A DNA stretch of 64,000 bases from an uncultured Pseudanabaenaceae cyanobacterium (lineage in GTDB: Bacteria; Cyanobacteriota; Cyanobacteriia; PCC-9006; JAAUQQ01): the NCBI GenBank assembly GCA_938002085.1, contig CALLAT010000079.1, forward strand, positions 945 to 64,944. Reading direction: 5' to 3'. Shown here piece after piece: positions 23,388-32,747 of the stretch. How positions within the stretch are numbered: the stretch's first letter is position 1; each line of letters starts with the position of its first letter. Under the pieces are notes generated by a model. The model was not told where the DNA came from. It did no database searches and saw only the letters and a list, made by a program, of their open reading frames with translations. The position numbers and the translations under genes were made by a program.

Positions 23388-24404
23388 TCAACGCGATCGC
23401 ACAAGCACCTCTCCCCTAGCTCCCGCCAAACTTATTTCCCTCGCGGCCACATCCGTTTGCAAGAACTGCGCGATCGCCCTCAAATAAGACTCCTTCCCCG
23501 GCTTATACAAACCAAAATGCCCAGCCCCAGCCACTAAATGTAACTGCTTCGGCTCCGGTGCCGCTGCAAACAGTTGCTCAGCCATCAGCGACGAAACAAT
23601 CACATCATCCGTGCCATGGATAAACAGCGTCGGCATCTGAAGCTGAGGCACCTTGGCGATCGAATCGAACTTATCCGTCAGAATAATCTCCAGCGGCAAT
23701 AGCTTGAACAGCGGATTCTGCCGCACCGCCGCCGTCATCGATGTAAACGTACTTTGGGCAATTAACGCCTGAGCTTCGGGATGGCGACTGGCCAAGTTAA
23801 TCGCCACAGCACCGCCCATGGATTCGCCATAAATGATAATATCGCTGGGATAAATTCCGCGAGTCTCGGTCAAATAGCGCCAGGCAATTTCGCTATCCTC
23901 ATACATCTGCGCTTCGCTAGGAGCCTCCCCCTCACTAGCCCCAAACCCTCGATAGTCCGTCATCAAAATCGAGAAGCCCAACTGCCGCATCGCCGTCGCT
24001 CGATGCAGCGATGTGCCAGAGCTTTTGTTGCCCGATCGCCCATAGAAGTACAGCAGCGTCTTGGGCTTCTCCAACACATTCACCGGCTCACCTGCCAAAA
24101 TTTCGTAAGGTGCCTCGGCTGTAGGAGCTGGAATCCACCAACTATGGAGATTCACACCATCCTCCACCGAAATCTCCAGTTCCTCAAAGGGCAAACCAAA
24201 TTGTTCGCTATCAGGCAGTTGGCGCAGCTCGCGGCGGGGGTTGTAGAGAAACTGACGCTGGTTGAAATGCAGGTAGAGGCAGGTGCCGGTGTAGGCGATC
24301 GCGCCTAACCCGGCCAAGGCAACAACGGACTTTCCGAAAACAGACTGAAAGGGAGACTGAAGAGGCGACGGCACGGCAATGGCAATGAAAAATTGACGGG
24401 TCAC
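23388..24404 (-). CDS. alpha/beta hydrolase (serine hydrolase, N-terminal TM anchor)
   Basis: Nucleophile elbow YGESMGGAVAI, a late FIHGTDDVIV acid loop and GAGHFGL His loop, and an N-terminal hydrophobic helix. It has a GTG start. Confidence 0.85.
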   Translation of the reverse strand: MTRQFFIAIAVPSPLQSPFQSVFGKSVVALAGLGAIAYTGTCLYLHFNQRQFLYNPRRELRQLPDSEQFGLPFEELEISVEDGVNLHSWWIPAPTAEAPYEILAGEPVNVLEKPKTLLYFYGRSGNKSSGTSLHRATAMRQLGFSILMTDYRGFGASEGEAPSEAQMYEDSEIAWRYLTETRGIYPSDIIIYGESMGGAVAINLASRHPEAQALIAQSTFTSMTAAVRQNPLFKLLPLEIILTDKFDSIAKVPQLQMPTLFIHGTDDVIVSSLMAEQLFAAAPEPKQLHLVAGAGHFGLYKPGKESYLRAIAQFLQTDVAAREISLAGARGEVLVRSR

Positions 24405-24580
24405 TCCATCGGCTTGCCTACAGCAAACCCAAAGAAATCCCCAGACCTACAAGCTAGCAGATCTGAGGATTAAGGTGATGTCACATGAATCGTGAAGTGA
24501 TGAGCAAGACGTAGAAGAACTCAGACAAGTTGTTCTCACATCTAATTCATACCCTCAATCCATGGAGCTGGGGCTTACTC

Positions 24581-27500
24581 CTAGAGAGCAGAACCCTGGT
24601 TAGTCATAGGCTCAGCGACCTGGAAGTAAACATCAACCAAGTCGATGTTGTTGCCAGCCGTGGTCTGAGCAACACTGCGCTCACCCAAGATATTGCCCTG
24701 GGCATCCAGGTTGAATTCGCTGGTGTAGTTCACATTCAGTGCTTCAATACCAGCGTCAGCCAAGGAGCGCAGCTCACCCACATCGGTGAAGCCGTTCTCG
24801 TTAGCATCTTGCCAGAGGCTCAGCTCACCAAAGCCTGCATCAGCAGCGTTAACCCAGCCATCGCCATTGCTGTCAAAACCAGATAGCTTATCGAAGCCAG
24901 CAGCCGGTCCTTCTCCGCCAAACAGTTCGGCGCGAGAGCTAATCAAGCCATCGCCATTGTTGTCAATTGCGAGGAATCCATCCTGACCCGAGAGCCAGCC
25001 GGTGTTGATGGCGGTGCCACTGTTCAACATGTCAAAGGTGACACCCTGGTCAATACTGAGGGTTTGAACGCCATCGCCATTGAGGTCGAGGGCCAGAGGC
25101 GTTTGGAAACCTTGGTCCCAAACATCCACTCTGAACTCACCTTCCTTAGAAGCACCGAAGCTGTCGGTTGCCGTGAAAGAGAACTCACCCAAGTCGCTGC
25201 CGGGCAGACGGTCAAAGCGCCAGGTCTCGCGATACTCGGTATACACCTGAAGCACCAAGCGACCTGTATCCGCATTGAAAGACTTCACATCCCAACCCAT
25301 AAAGCCAGCAGCGTTGTCGTCACCTTGCTCACGACGCTGGTTGGCGAAGTTGAGGCTAAAGGTCAGGTCATCGCCATCGGGGTCAGACACGATTTGGGAG
25401 AGGTCAACCACTAGCTCACGACCTGGGTTGTCGTTACCACCACCGCGATAGGCATCGCCCACGCTGAAATAGTCACCTTGTCCAGTATGAACCGGAGCAT
25501 TGTTAGTGCTAATGAGACCGGCATCTACATTGGGCAAGTGCTGACCTTCGGCGAGGCTCACGAAGCCAGTCAAGCCGAAGGAATCTACATCAGAGTCAAT
25601 CGCGTCATTATTGCCCACATCCTGAGTGGTGAACTCAGTGCGGTCAGGCTGTTCAAATGACAGTTGGTAATCATCAGGCAACAAGTTATCAAACTGATAG
25701 TCGCCGTTGGAATTTGTTGTTGTGCTATCAACAAAATCGCCATTGCCATTGAATAATTCCACTGTGAGTCCAGACTTGCCTGGCTCAGAGGTGAACTTCT
25801 GCTTGAGCGAGACATCGTCAATACCTGCACCATCGCCCAGGTCACCAGAGCCCGAAACAAACTCTAAACTTTGCTGACCGGCTTGCAAGTCTACTTCAAC
25901 AGAGACCGTGCTTTGGCCGCTTGCGACCACAGACCGAACAGTCTGGCCATTGATTTTGACCTCGAAGTCGTTGTCGTTAGGATGCTCATTCAGATTCTCC
26001 AACACGTTGAAGGTCAGAACATAGGTCCCAGCATCGGTGACATTCACATTCTGGCGAAGGACAGAGCCGCCTTCTAACTCAACAACCGCATCACCATGGG
26101 CATTGTTGAAGTCGGAGGAGTTACTCTCGTAAATGCTGACATCGTGGCTAGCCACGGTCCAACCGGGCAGTTCGCTACCGGTAACATGGAAATCTACCCC
26201 ACTATTGTTGAGGCTGTTATTTTCAAAGTTGCCGTTGACAATCAGGTTGGGACCGAAGCCACTGCCGCTGTCCTGGATGCCGTTGCCATTGTCATCATGG
26301 AACGCAGTACCTTCGATGGAGCCGCGCTGAATTGCATCCACAACCACGCTGACATCAGCGGTGTCTTCACCACCATTGCCATCGTTGACATGGTACGAGA
26401 AAGTCTCAGTGCCAGTGAAGCCATCATCAGGGGTAAAGCTGAGTTGGCCGTTGTCTAGCAGGGTGACAGAACCGTTGTCTGTGGCGATCGTCTCGCCCAC
26501 AGAGATGGACTGACCATTCAAAGAGGTAACGCTGAGGGCATCGCCATCGGGGTCGGCATCGTTACCCAAGACATCGATGGTGACAGGGGTTCCTTCATCT
26601 GTAATTGCACTGTCATTCGCTGCATTGGGAGCAACGTTCGGTTCAGGTGCCACAGTCACCACAACGTTAGCCGTGTCTTCGCCACCGTTGCCATCGTTGA
26701 CATGGTAAGAGAATGTCTCTTCACCCACGAAGCCGTCATTGGGTACGAAGCTAAGCTGACCGTCATCCAATAGCGTAACAACGCCATTGTCAGTGAAAAC
26801 AGGTTGGCCGGGTGCCACAGACTCACCATTCAAGGAAGTGATGCTGAGGGCATCGCCATCGGGGTCAGCGTCATTACCAAGAACATTGATGGTGACAGGT
26901 GTACCAAAGTCGGTGCTGCTGCTATCGTCCGTGGCATCTGGAGCGCTGTTGGGGGCAGGGTCGATTGTGACCGTGACCTGAGCAACATCATGACCACCGT
27001 TGCCATCACTGATTTGGTAAGCAAAGGTGTCATTGCCCACAAAGCCATCGTTGGGGGTGTAAACAATCTGCCCATCGACGATTTGAGCATTGCCATTCAC
27101 TGCATTGCCCACAATCTCCTTGATGGAAAGGGTATCGCCATCGGGATCAGTGTCGTTACCCAAAACATCAATGGTGAGAGGGGTATTCACCTCAGTAGTG
27201 CGGCTATCGTTAACCGCATCGGGATTGCTGTTAGGCAAAGGGGTAACGTTAACGAGCACGTTCGCTGTGTCTTCGCCACCATTGCCATCGCTCACATGGT
27301 AAGAGAACGTCTCATTACCAATGAAGCCAGCATTGGGGTTGAAGCTCACTTCACCGTTGGCGAGCAGAGTCGCAGAACCATTGTTGGTGGTAATGGTGTC
27401 ACCCACGGAAACGGCTTGACCGTTGAGGGAGGTAACGCTCAAGGCATCTCCATCGGAGTCACTATCGTTGCCTAGCAAACTGATGGTGACAGGCGTGCCC

Positions 27501-30304
27501 ACTTGGGTGCTGCTGCTGTCATCCGTTGCATTGGGATCACTGTTGCTAGGTACGGCGGGTAAAATGCCAGCATCAACATTGTTGAGCTGTTGACCAGCCG
27601 CGAGGTTAATGACATCCGTCATGCCATTGCTGGGGTCCACATCGGAATCCAGACCTTCGTTACCACCCACGTTTGCCGTGGTAAAGGTCGCACCATCGGG
27701 CAGGCTATCGAAAGTAACTTTGTACTGACCAGCATCGAGATCTTCGAAGCCGTAGAAGCCACCATCGTTGTTGATGGTTTGGACACGAGTGATGTCGTCG
27801 CCTGTGCCAAACTGTCCATCTGCACCAGCACCGCTGAGGGTTGCACGCACACCATTCACGCCGGATTCGCCGTTGTCCAGGATGCCGTTGCCATTCTCAT
27901 CAAGGAACACGCGGTTTCCAATCTTGCCAGTGCCAGGGTCGGGCTCCGGAGAAACCGTAACGCGAACGTTGGCCGTATCTTCGCCACCGTTGCCATCGCT
28001 CACGTGGTAGGAGAAGGTCTCATTGCCCACAAATCCAGCATTGGGGGTGAAGCTCAGCTGGCCATTGTCTAACAGCGTAACGGCACCATTGGGAGTGAAC
28101 ACCGTTTCTCCGGGAACCACGGTCTGTCCTTCGAGGGAGCTCACAGACAGAACATCGCCGTTGGGATCCGCATCGTTGCCCAGCACATCAATCGTGACAG
28201 GTGTTCCAACCAGGGTGCTGCTGCCGTCATCGGCTGCGTTGGGGTCATCATTGGCAGGAGCAGCAATCACGCCTGCATCAACGTTATTGAGCTGCTGACC
28301 TGCGGCGAGATCAATCACCTCAGTCATGCCGGTGTTGACATCCACATCAGAGTCGAGGTGTTCGTCGTTGCCCACATCCTGAGTCGTAAAGGTGGCACCA
28401 TCGGGCAGGTTGTCAAAGGTGACTTTGTACTGGCCCGCATCCAGGTTCTCGAAACCGTAGAAACCACCGTCGTTGTTGATGGTTTGCACGCGGCTGATGT
28501 CGTCACCTGTGCCGAATTCACCGTCAGCACCCGCACCTGCGAGGGTGACGCGCACGCCGTTCACGCCGGATTCGCCGTTGTCGAGAATGCCGTTGCCGTT
28601 CTCATCCAGGAACACGCGGTTACCGATCTTGCCGGTACCGGGGTCAACCGGACCAGAGCCTTCGACAATACCTGCATCAATGTTATTGAGCTGCTGACCT
28701 GCGGCGAGGTCAATTACCTCAGTCATGCCGGTGTTGACATCCACATCAGAGTCGAGGTGCTCGTCGTCGCCCACATTAGCCGTGGTGAAGGTTGCACCGT
28801 CGGGCAGGTTGTCGAAGCGAACCTTATACTGACCGGCATCGAGACCTTCAAAGCCGTAGAAACCACCGTCGTTATTGATGGTTTGTACGCGGCTGATGTC
28901 GTCGCCTGTGCCGAATTCGCCATCAGCACCCGCACCTGCTAAGGTGACGCGCACACCGTTCACGCCAGATTCACCGTTGTCGAAAATGCCGTTGCCGTTC
29001 TCATCCAAGAACACGCGGTTGCCAATCTTGCCTGTGCCGGGGTCTACGGGACCGGAGCCTTCAACGATGCCTGCATCGACATTGTTCAGTTGCTCGCCTG
29101 CTGCGAGGTCAATCACATCGGTCATGCCGGTGTTGACATCCACATCAGAGTCGAGGTGCTCGTCGTTACCCACATCCTGGGTGGTGAAGCTTGCGCCTTC
29201 AGGCAGGTTGTCAAAGGTAACTTTGTATTGGCCAGCATCTAGGTTTTCAAAACCGTAGAAGCCACCGTCGTTGTTGATGGTTTGAACGCGGGTGATGTCG
29301 TCGCCTGTGCCGAATTCGCCATCAGCACCCGCACCTGCTAGGGTGACGCGCACACCGTTCACACCGGATTCGCCGTTGTCGAGAATGCCGTTGCCGTTCT
29401 CATCCAGGAACACGCGGTTACCGATCTTGCCGGTACCGGGGTCAACCGGACCGGAGCCTGCGACGATGCCTGCATCAATGTTGTTGAGCTGCTCACCCGC
29501 TGCGAGATCAATCACCTCAGTCATGCCGGTGTTGACATCCACATCGGAGTCGAGGTGTTCGTCGCTACCCACGTCAGCTGTGGTGAAGGTTGCACCGTCA
29601 GGTAGGTTATCGAAGATGACTTTGTACTGGCCCGCATCCAGGTTGTCAAAACCGTAGAAACCACCATCGTTGTTGATGGTTTGCACGCGGTTGATATCGT
29701 CGCCTGTGCCGAATTCGCCGTCTGCACCAGCACCGCTCAGTGTGACGCGCACACCATTCACGCCGGATTCGCCGTTGTCGAGAATGCCGTTGCCGTTCTC
29801 ATCCAGGAACACGCGGTTGCCAATCTTGCCGGTACCAGGATCGCTGGAGCCAGGGGTGAGGCCGAGGTTGACTTTAGTCGCTTCCGGCGTGCCTGCCGTG
29901 ATGAAGTCCGTCTCAACCAGTCCGGCTGACAGTTCAGTGACGCCATCAGAATCTTTGAAATCGCTGCCAGCCACACCCAAGGAAGGCTCAAACACGTTGG
30001 CAGGACTCAAGGACCGCCCAGCTAAATCGCTATCGCCTTGGTAATCAAACTGAATTTTATAATCACTATTTCCCAAACCATAGATAAAGTAAAATCCTTG
30101 GTCATTTGTGACTGTGGAAGTTACGGTTTGACCATTTTCATTTTCGAAAGCAACAATATTTCCATCGCCATCAACAACCCGTATGGTTACGCCTGAGAAA
30201 CCGGCTTCTTCTTGATTCGTCAAATTCCCATCAGCATCGCGCTGGAGCACGATGCCATCGGCATTAATATCATCAAAAACGCATCCGGTAAAAGACAAGG
30301 ACAT
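24581..30304 (-). CDS. giant repeat-rich extracellular adhesin-like protein (SdrD B-like, bacterial cadherin/Ig-like and lectin-like domains; Ca-binding C-terminal secretion-type domain)
   Basis: 1907 aa, with an ATG at 30304 preceded by AGGAG. It contains at least 7 SdrD-B-like modules (GNRVFLDENGNGILDNGESGVNGVRVTL...GFYGF.NLDAGQYKV.F...DSDVD). It contains 5 cadherin/VCBS-like modules (DD.SST.VGTPVTIDVLGNDADPDGD.LSV.S...FSYHV.DGNGGEDTA.V). One NGNFE...GW...VELEGG...Q.V lectin/DUF642-like module is present. The Asp/Gly-rich C-terminus reads LDLNGDGV...DNNGDGLISS...FDSNGDGWV...DANENGFTD. There is no N-terminal signal peptide. Confidence 0.9.
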   Translation of the reverse strand: MSLSFTGCVFDDINADGIVLQRDADGNLTNQEEAGFSGVTIRVVDGDGNIVAFENENGQTVTSTVTNDQGFYFIYGLGNSDYKIQFDYQGDSDLAGRSLSPANVFEPSLGVAGSDFKDSDGVTELSAGLVETDFITAGTPEATKVNLGLTPGSSDPGTGKIGNRVFLDENGNGILDNGESGVNGVRVTLSGAGADGEFGTGDDINRVQTINNDGGFYGFDNLDAGQYKVIFDNLPDGATFTTADVGSDEHLDSDVDVNTGMTEVIDLAAGEQLNNIDAGIVAGSGPVDPGTGKIGNRVFLDENGNGILDNGESGVNGVRVTLAGAGADGEFGTGDDITRVQTINNDGGFYGFENLDAGQYKVTFDNLPEGASFTTQDVGNDEHLDSDVDVNTGMTDVIDLAAGEQLNNVDAGIVEGSGPVDPGTGKIGNRVFLDENGNGIFDNGESGVNGVRVTLAGAGADGEFGTGDDISRVQTINNDGGFYGFEGLDAGQYKVRFDNLPDGATFTTANVGDDEHLDSDVDVNTGMTEVIDLAAGQQLNNIDAGIVEGSGPVDPGTGKIGNRVFLDENGNGILDNGESGVNGVRVTLAGAGADGEFGTGDDISRVQTINNDGGFYGFENLDAGQYKVTFDNLPDGATFTTQDVGNDEHLDSDVDVNTGMTEVIDLAAGQQLNNVDAGVIAAPANDDPNAADDGSSTLVGTPVTIDVLGNDADPNGDVLSVSSLEGQTVVPGETVFTPNGAVTLLDNGQLSFTPNAGFVGNETFSYHVSDGNGGEDTANVRVTVSPEPDPGTGKIGNRVFLDENGNGILDNGESGVNGVRATLSGAGADGQFGTGDDITRVQTINNDGGFYGFEDLDAGQYKVTFDSLPDGATFTTANVGGNEGLDSDVDPSNGMTDVINLAAGQQLNNVDAGILPAVPSNSDPNATDDSSSTQVGTPVTISLLGNDSDSDGDALSVTSLNGQAVSVGDTITTNNGSATLLANGEVSFNPNAGFIGNETFSYHVSDGNGGEDTANVLVNVTPLPNSNPDAVNDSRTTEVNTPLTIDVLGNDTDPDGDTLSIKEIVGNAVNGNAQIVDGQIVYTPNDGFVGNDTFAYQISDGNGGHDVAQVTVTIDPAPNSAPDATDDSSSTDFGTPVTINVLGNDADPDGDALSITSLNGESVAPGQPVFTDNGVVTLLDDGQLSFVPNDGFVGEETFSYHVNDGNGGEDTANVVVTVAPEPNVAPNAANDSAITDEGTPVTIDVLGNDADPDGDALSVTSLNGQSISVGETIATDNGSVTLLDNGQLSFTPDDGFTGTETFSYHVNDGNGGEDTADVSVVVDAIQRGSIEGTAFHDDNGNGIQDSGSGFGPNLIVNGNFENNSLNNSGVDFHVTGSELPGWTVASHDVSIYESNSSDFNNAHGDAVVELEGGSVLRQNVNVTDAGTYVLTFNVLENLNEHPNDNDFEVKINGQTVRSVVASGQSTVSVEVDLQAGQQSLEFVSGSGDLGDGAGIDDVSLKQKFTSEPGKSGLTVELFNGNGDFVDSTTTNSNGDYQFDNLLPDDYQLSFEQPDRTEFTTQDVGNNDAIDSDVDSFGLTGFVSLAEGQHLPNVDAGLISTNNAPVHTGQGDYFSVGDAYRGGGNDNPGRELVVDLSQIVSDPDGDDLTFSLNFANQRREQGDDNAAGFMGWDVKSFNADTGRLVLQVYTEYRETWRFDRLPGSDLGEFSFTATDSFGASKEGEFRVDVWDQGFQTPLALDLNGDGVQTLSIDQGVTFDMLNSGTAINTGWLSGQDGFLAIDNNGDGLISSRAELFGGEGPAAGFDKLSGFDSNGDGWVNAADAGFGELSLWQDANENGFTDVGELRSLADAGIEALNVNYTSEFNLDAQGNILGERSVAQTTAGNNIDLVDVYFQVAEPMTNQGSAL
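28247..29842. repeat. 4 tandem copies of a 399-bp (133-codon) repeat inside the adhesin gene, plus a fifth dispersed copy at ~27560-27937
   Basis: The protein unit DPGTGKIGNRVFLDENG...GSGPV is exactly 133 aa and repeats back to back. Near-identical shadow ORFs in the track recur at a 399-nt spacing (28324, 28723, 29521). Confidence 0.9.
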
Positions 30305-30824
30305 AGGGAACTAACTCCTAGGTGGAACACAAGTGGAAGATTGCGGCTAATGAGTAAAAGCGCTTGCTCTTCCGTTGTTGCGGGGTAACCATCATCGAAA
30401 CAGTTGCTGCGTTGAGCAAAGATCATCGAATCTGATTCGCAAGTGAGATCACAACAAATCTGTTATTGGGCTGTGGGACATCGGTTATTACGGTATTCCA
30501 AGCCTTAATTCAGAGAAATACAGTGAGTTCACGTACATCGTTGTACGGCTAACGACATGTGTATAAAATTTATTTCTGACATCAATATGAAAGGAAAATA
30601 TAGAAATTTATTTGTGATTAATCTTGCGGATAAATTCTCCTTTGAAATTGATTAGAAACCCAGCTGTCTCAAGAGCTTTTAGTCCTTAAATGACGATTAA
30701 CGATCGCGATGCAACATCAACCTGGGGCATAGAGACAGGAAGCGATCGCCCCCACATCACCACAGTCGCCAGCCCAGCGCGATACTCTGGGAGATGTATT
30801 CCTTTGCCGGGTCTGTGACCGTTT

Positions 30825-31997
30825 ATGCTTGCCAACATTAAGGCGATCGCCGAGAAGCTAAGCCCCCGCCTGATCGACATTCGCCGCCACATCCATGCCC
30901 ACCCCGAGCTCAGCGGCAACGAACACCAAACCGCCGCCTATGTGGCTGGGGTACTGTCTAGCTGCGGCCTCCATGTCGAGGAATCCGTTGGACGCACAGG
31001 CCTAGTGGCAGAGCTGCCAGGCAGCGGTCAGGACAAGCGTCTCCTGGCAGTCCGGTCTGACATGGATGCCCTACCCATCGAAGAGCAAACGGGCCTGGAC
31101 TTTGCCTCTCGCCAGCAGGGCATCATGCATGCCTGCGGGCACGATGTTCATACAACCGTCGGTCTCGGTACCGTCATGGTTTTAGCAGAGCTAGGCATCC
31201 AGCTCCCCGGCACTGTGCGATTCCTCTTCCAACCCGCCGAAGAAATTGCCCAGGGCGCAAAGTGGATGGTGACTGACGGAGCCATGGAAGGGGTTGACTC
31301 CATCTTTGGCCTCCATGTGTTTCCCACGATTCCCGGCGGAAAAGTCGGCATTCGCTACGGAGCTTTAACGGCTGCTGCCGATGATATTGAAATTACGATT
31401 ATTGGGGAATCGGGCCATGGTGCCCGGCCCCATGAAGCCACAGATGCGATCTGGATTGCAGCCCAGGTCATCACAACCCTGCAACAGGCTATCAGCCGCA
31501 CCCAAAACCCACTCCATCCCGTCGTCCTCACCTTTGGCCAAATCAAAGGCGGGCGGGCTTCTAATATTGTGGCCGATCAGGTCAAGCTTACTGGCACGGT
31601 CCGCTGCCTCAACCCAGAGACCTACCGCGATATCCCCGGCTGGATCGAAGATCTCGTTGCCAATATTTGCAAAACCCATGGCGCGAAGTACGACTTCCAG
31701 TACAACCGCCTCGTACCTTCAGTGCAAAACGACGATCGCCTCACCCAATACGTCCAAGCCACCGTGGAAGAATGCTTTGGCAAAGCCGCCGTGCAAAACC
31801 TGCGCGAGCCTTCACTGGGGGCCGAAGACTTTTCGGTTTACCTCGACCATGCACCAGGAACGATGTTTCGCCTGGGGGTAGGCTTTGAAGATCGCGAAAA
31901 CTATCCGCTACACCATCCCAAATTTGAGGTGAATGAGGAATGCCTCGTAACCGGTGTAACAACCATGGCAGGAGCAGTGTACAAGTACTGGCAATAG
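30825..31997 (+). CDS. M20D-family amidohydrolase (N-acyl-amino acid amidohydrolase / hippurate hydrolase type)
   Basis: IRRHIHAHPELSGNEHQTAAYV, MHACGHDVHT and GESGHGARPH are characteristic of M20 peptidase/aminoacylase proteins. Confidence 0.9.
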   Translation: MLANIKAIAEKLSPRLIDIRRHIHAHPELSGNEHQTAAYVAGVLSSCGLHVEESVGRTGLVAELPGSGQDKRLLAVRSDMDALPIEEQTGLDFASRQQGIMHACGHDVHTTVGLGTVMVLAELGIQLPGTVRFLFQPAEEIAQGAKWMVTDGAMEGVDSIFGLHVFPTIPGGKVGIRYGALTAAADDIEITIIGESGHGARPHEATDAIWIAAQVITTLQQAISRTQNPLHPVVLTFGQIKGGRASNIVADQVKLTGTVRCLNPETYRDIPGWIEDLVANICKTHGAKYDFQYNRLVPSVQNDDRLTQYVQATVEECFGKAAVQNLREPSLGAEDFSVYLDHAPGTMFRLGVGFEDRENYPLHHPKFEVNEECLVTGVTTMAGAVYKYWQ

Positions 31998-32033
31998 CCA
32001 ATTGACCTCATGATCTGTTGCTCACGACTAGGG

Positions 32034-32573
32034 TTACCAGAGTTGGGGATCTTGTAGAGAGGCAACGCAAGTCAACTGTCCAGAGGAGGCAAAGGTGTCC
32101 GTTGCTGCCAGGGGTTTGGCCTGCCAGCCAAATTCGTATTGCAAAGGGTAGGGCGCTGCGTAGGCTAAGGCTGCTTCTGCGGTGAAGCCAAAGCGGCCGT
32201 AATATTTCGGGTCGCCGTAGACGAAGAGAATATCTGTTTTGAGAGCAAGCAAATGCTGAATGCCTGCCTCGATCAAGGCAGTGCCAATGCCTTGCTTGTG
32301 CAACACTGGTCGCACAGCGAGGGGAGCCAAGATATAGCCTTGCAAATTATCGCTATCAGCCAGGGAAATAGGGCTAAAGGCAATGTGGCCCACCGCTTGA
32401 CCATCGGCTTCGGCAACGAATGCAAAGGTTTCGGGGAGGGTCTTCTCATCCAACAGGTTAACCGCAAGGGTTGCGACCAGCTCTCGCTCTTCGGCAGGAA
32501 AAGCGGACTGGTGAATCTCTCTTATACTCTCTAGATCGAGGAGTGAGGCCAGTCTAATATCCATTAGATTCAT
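32034..32573 (-). CDS. GNAT-family N-acetyltransferase
   Basis: 179 aa. The acetyl-CoA binding motif VRPVLHKQGIGTALIEAG (Q/RxxGxG/A) sits in the expected position. Confidence 0.85.
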   Translation of the reverse strand: MNLMDIRLASLLDLESIREIHQSAFPAEERELVATLAVNLLDEKTLPETFAFVAEADGQAVGHIAFSPISLADSDNLQGYILAPLAVRPVLHKQGIGTALIEAGIQHLLALKTDILFVYGDPKYYGRFGFTAEAALAYAAPYPLQYEFGWQAKPLAATDTFASSGQLTCVASLQDPQLW

Positions 32574-32747
32574 CTCACAGTGGCGTTATACAAGGCTCAG
32601 TAACTCTGATTGTCGTGAATCGTTTTGCTCTGCTGCACCAAAACAATGCCCGGCAGACTACAGCACTAATCGCCCATGCTCTGCGGCGAACACGCTCTTT
32701 TGAAGGTGGCTCAACCCCTCTGTCTTCATCATTATTCTGAACTGAAA

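Noticed and set aside
23781-24308. A 175-aa + strand ORF antisense to the alpha/beta hydrolase. The 171-aa ORF at 44773-45288, antisense to the TauA-like gene, is the same kind of case.
   Set aside because: These are shadow ORFs. The opposite-strand frames carry the family motifs and signal peptides.
26804-28942. Long + strand ORFs inside the adhesin gene (for example 26804-27475 at 223 aa, 27590-28072 at 160 aa, 28358-28942 at 194 aa, and many 60-130 aa ORFs in both directions).
   Set aside because: They are shadow ORFs on the opposite strand or in off-frames of a repetitive, GC-rich gene. They recur with the 399-bp period and have low-complexity V/G/A/T-rich translations with no motifs. 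The minus-strand 1907-aa frame has clear domain signatures.
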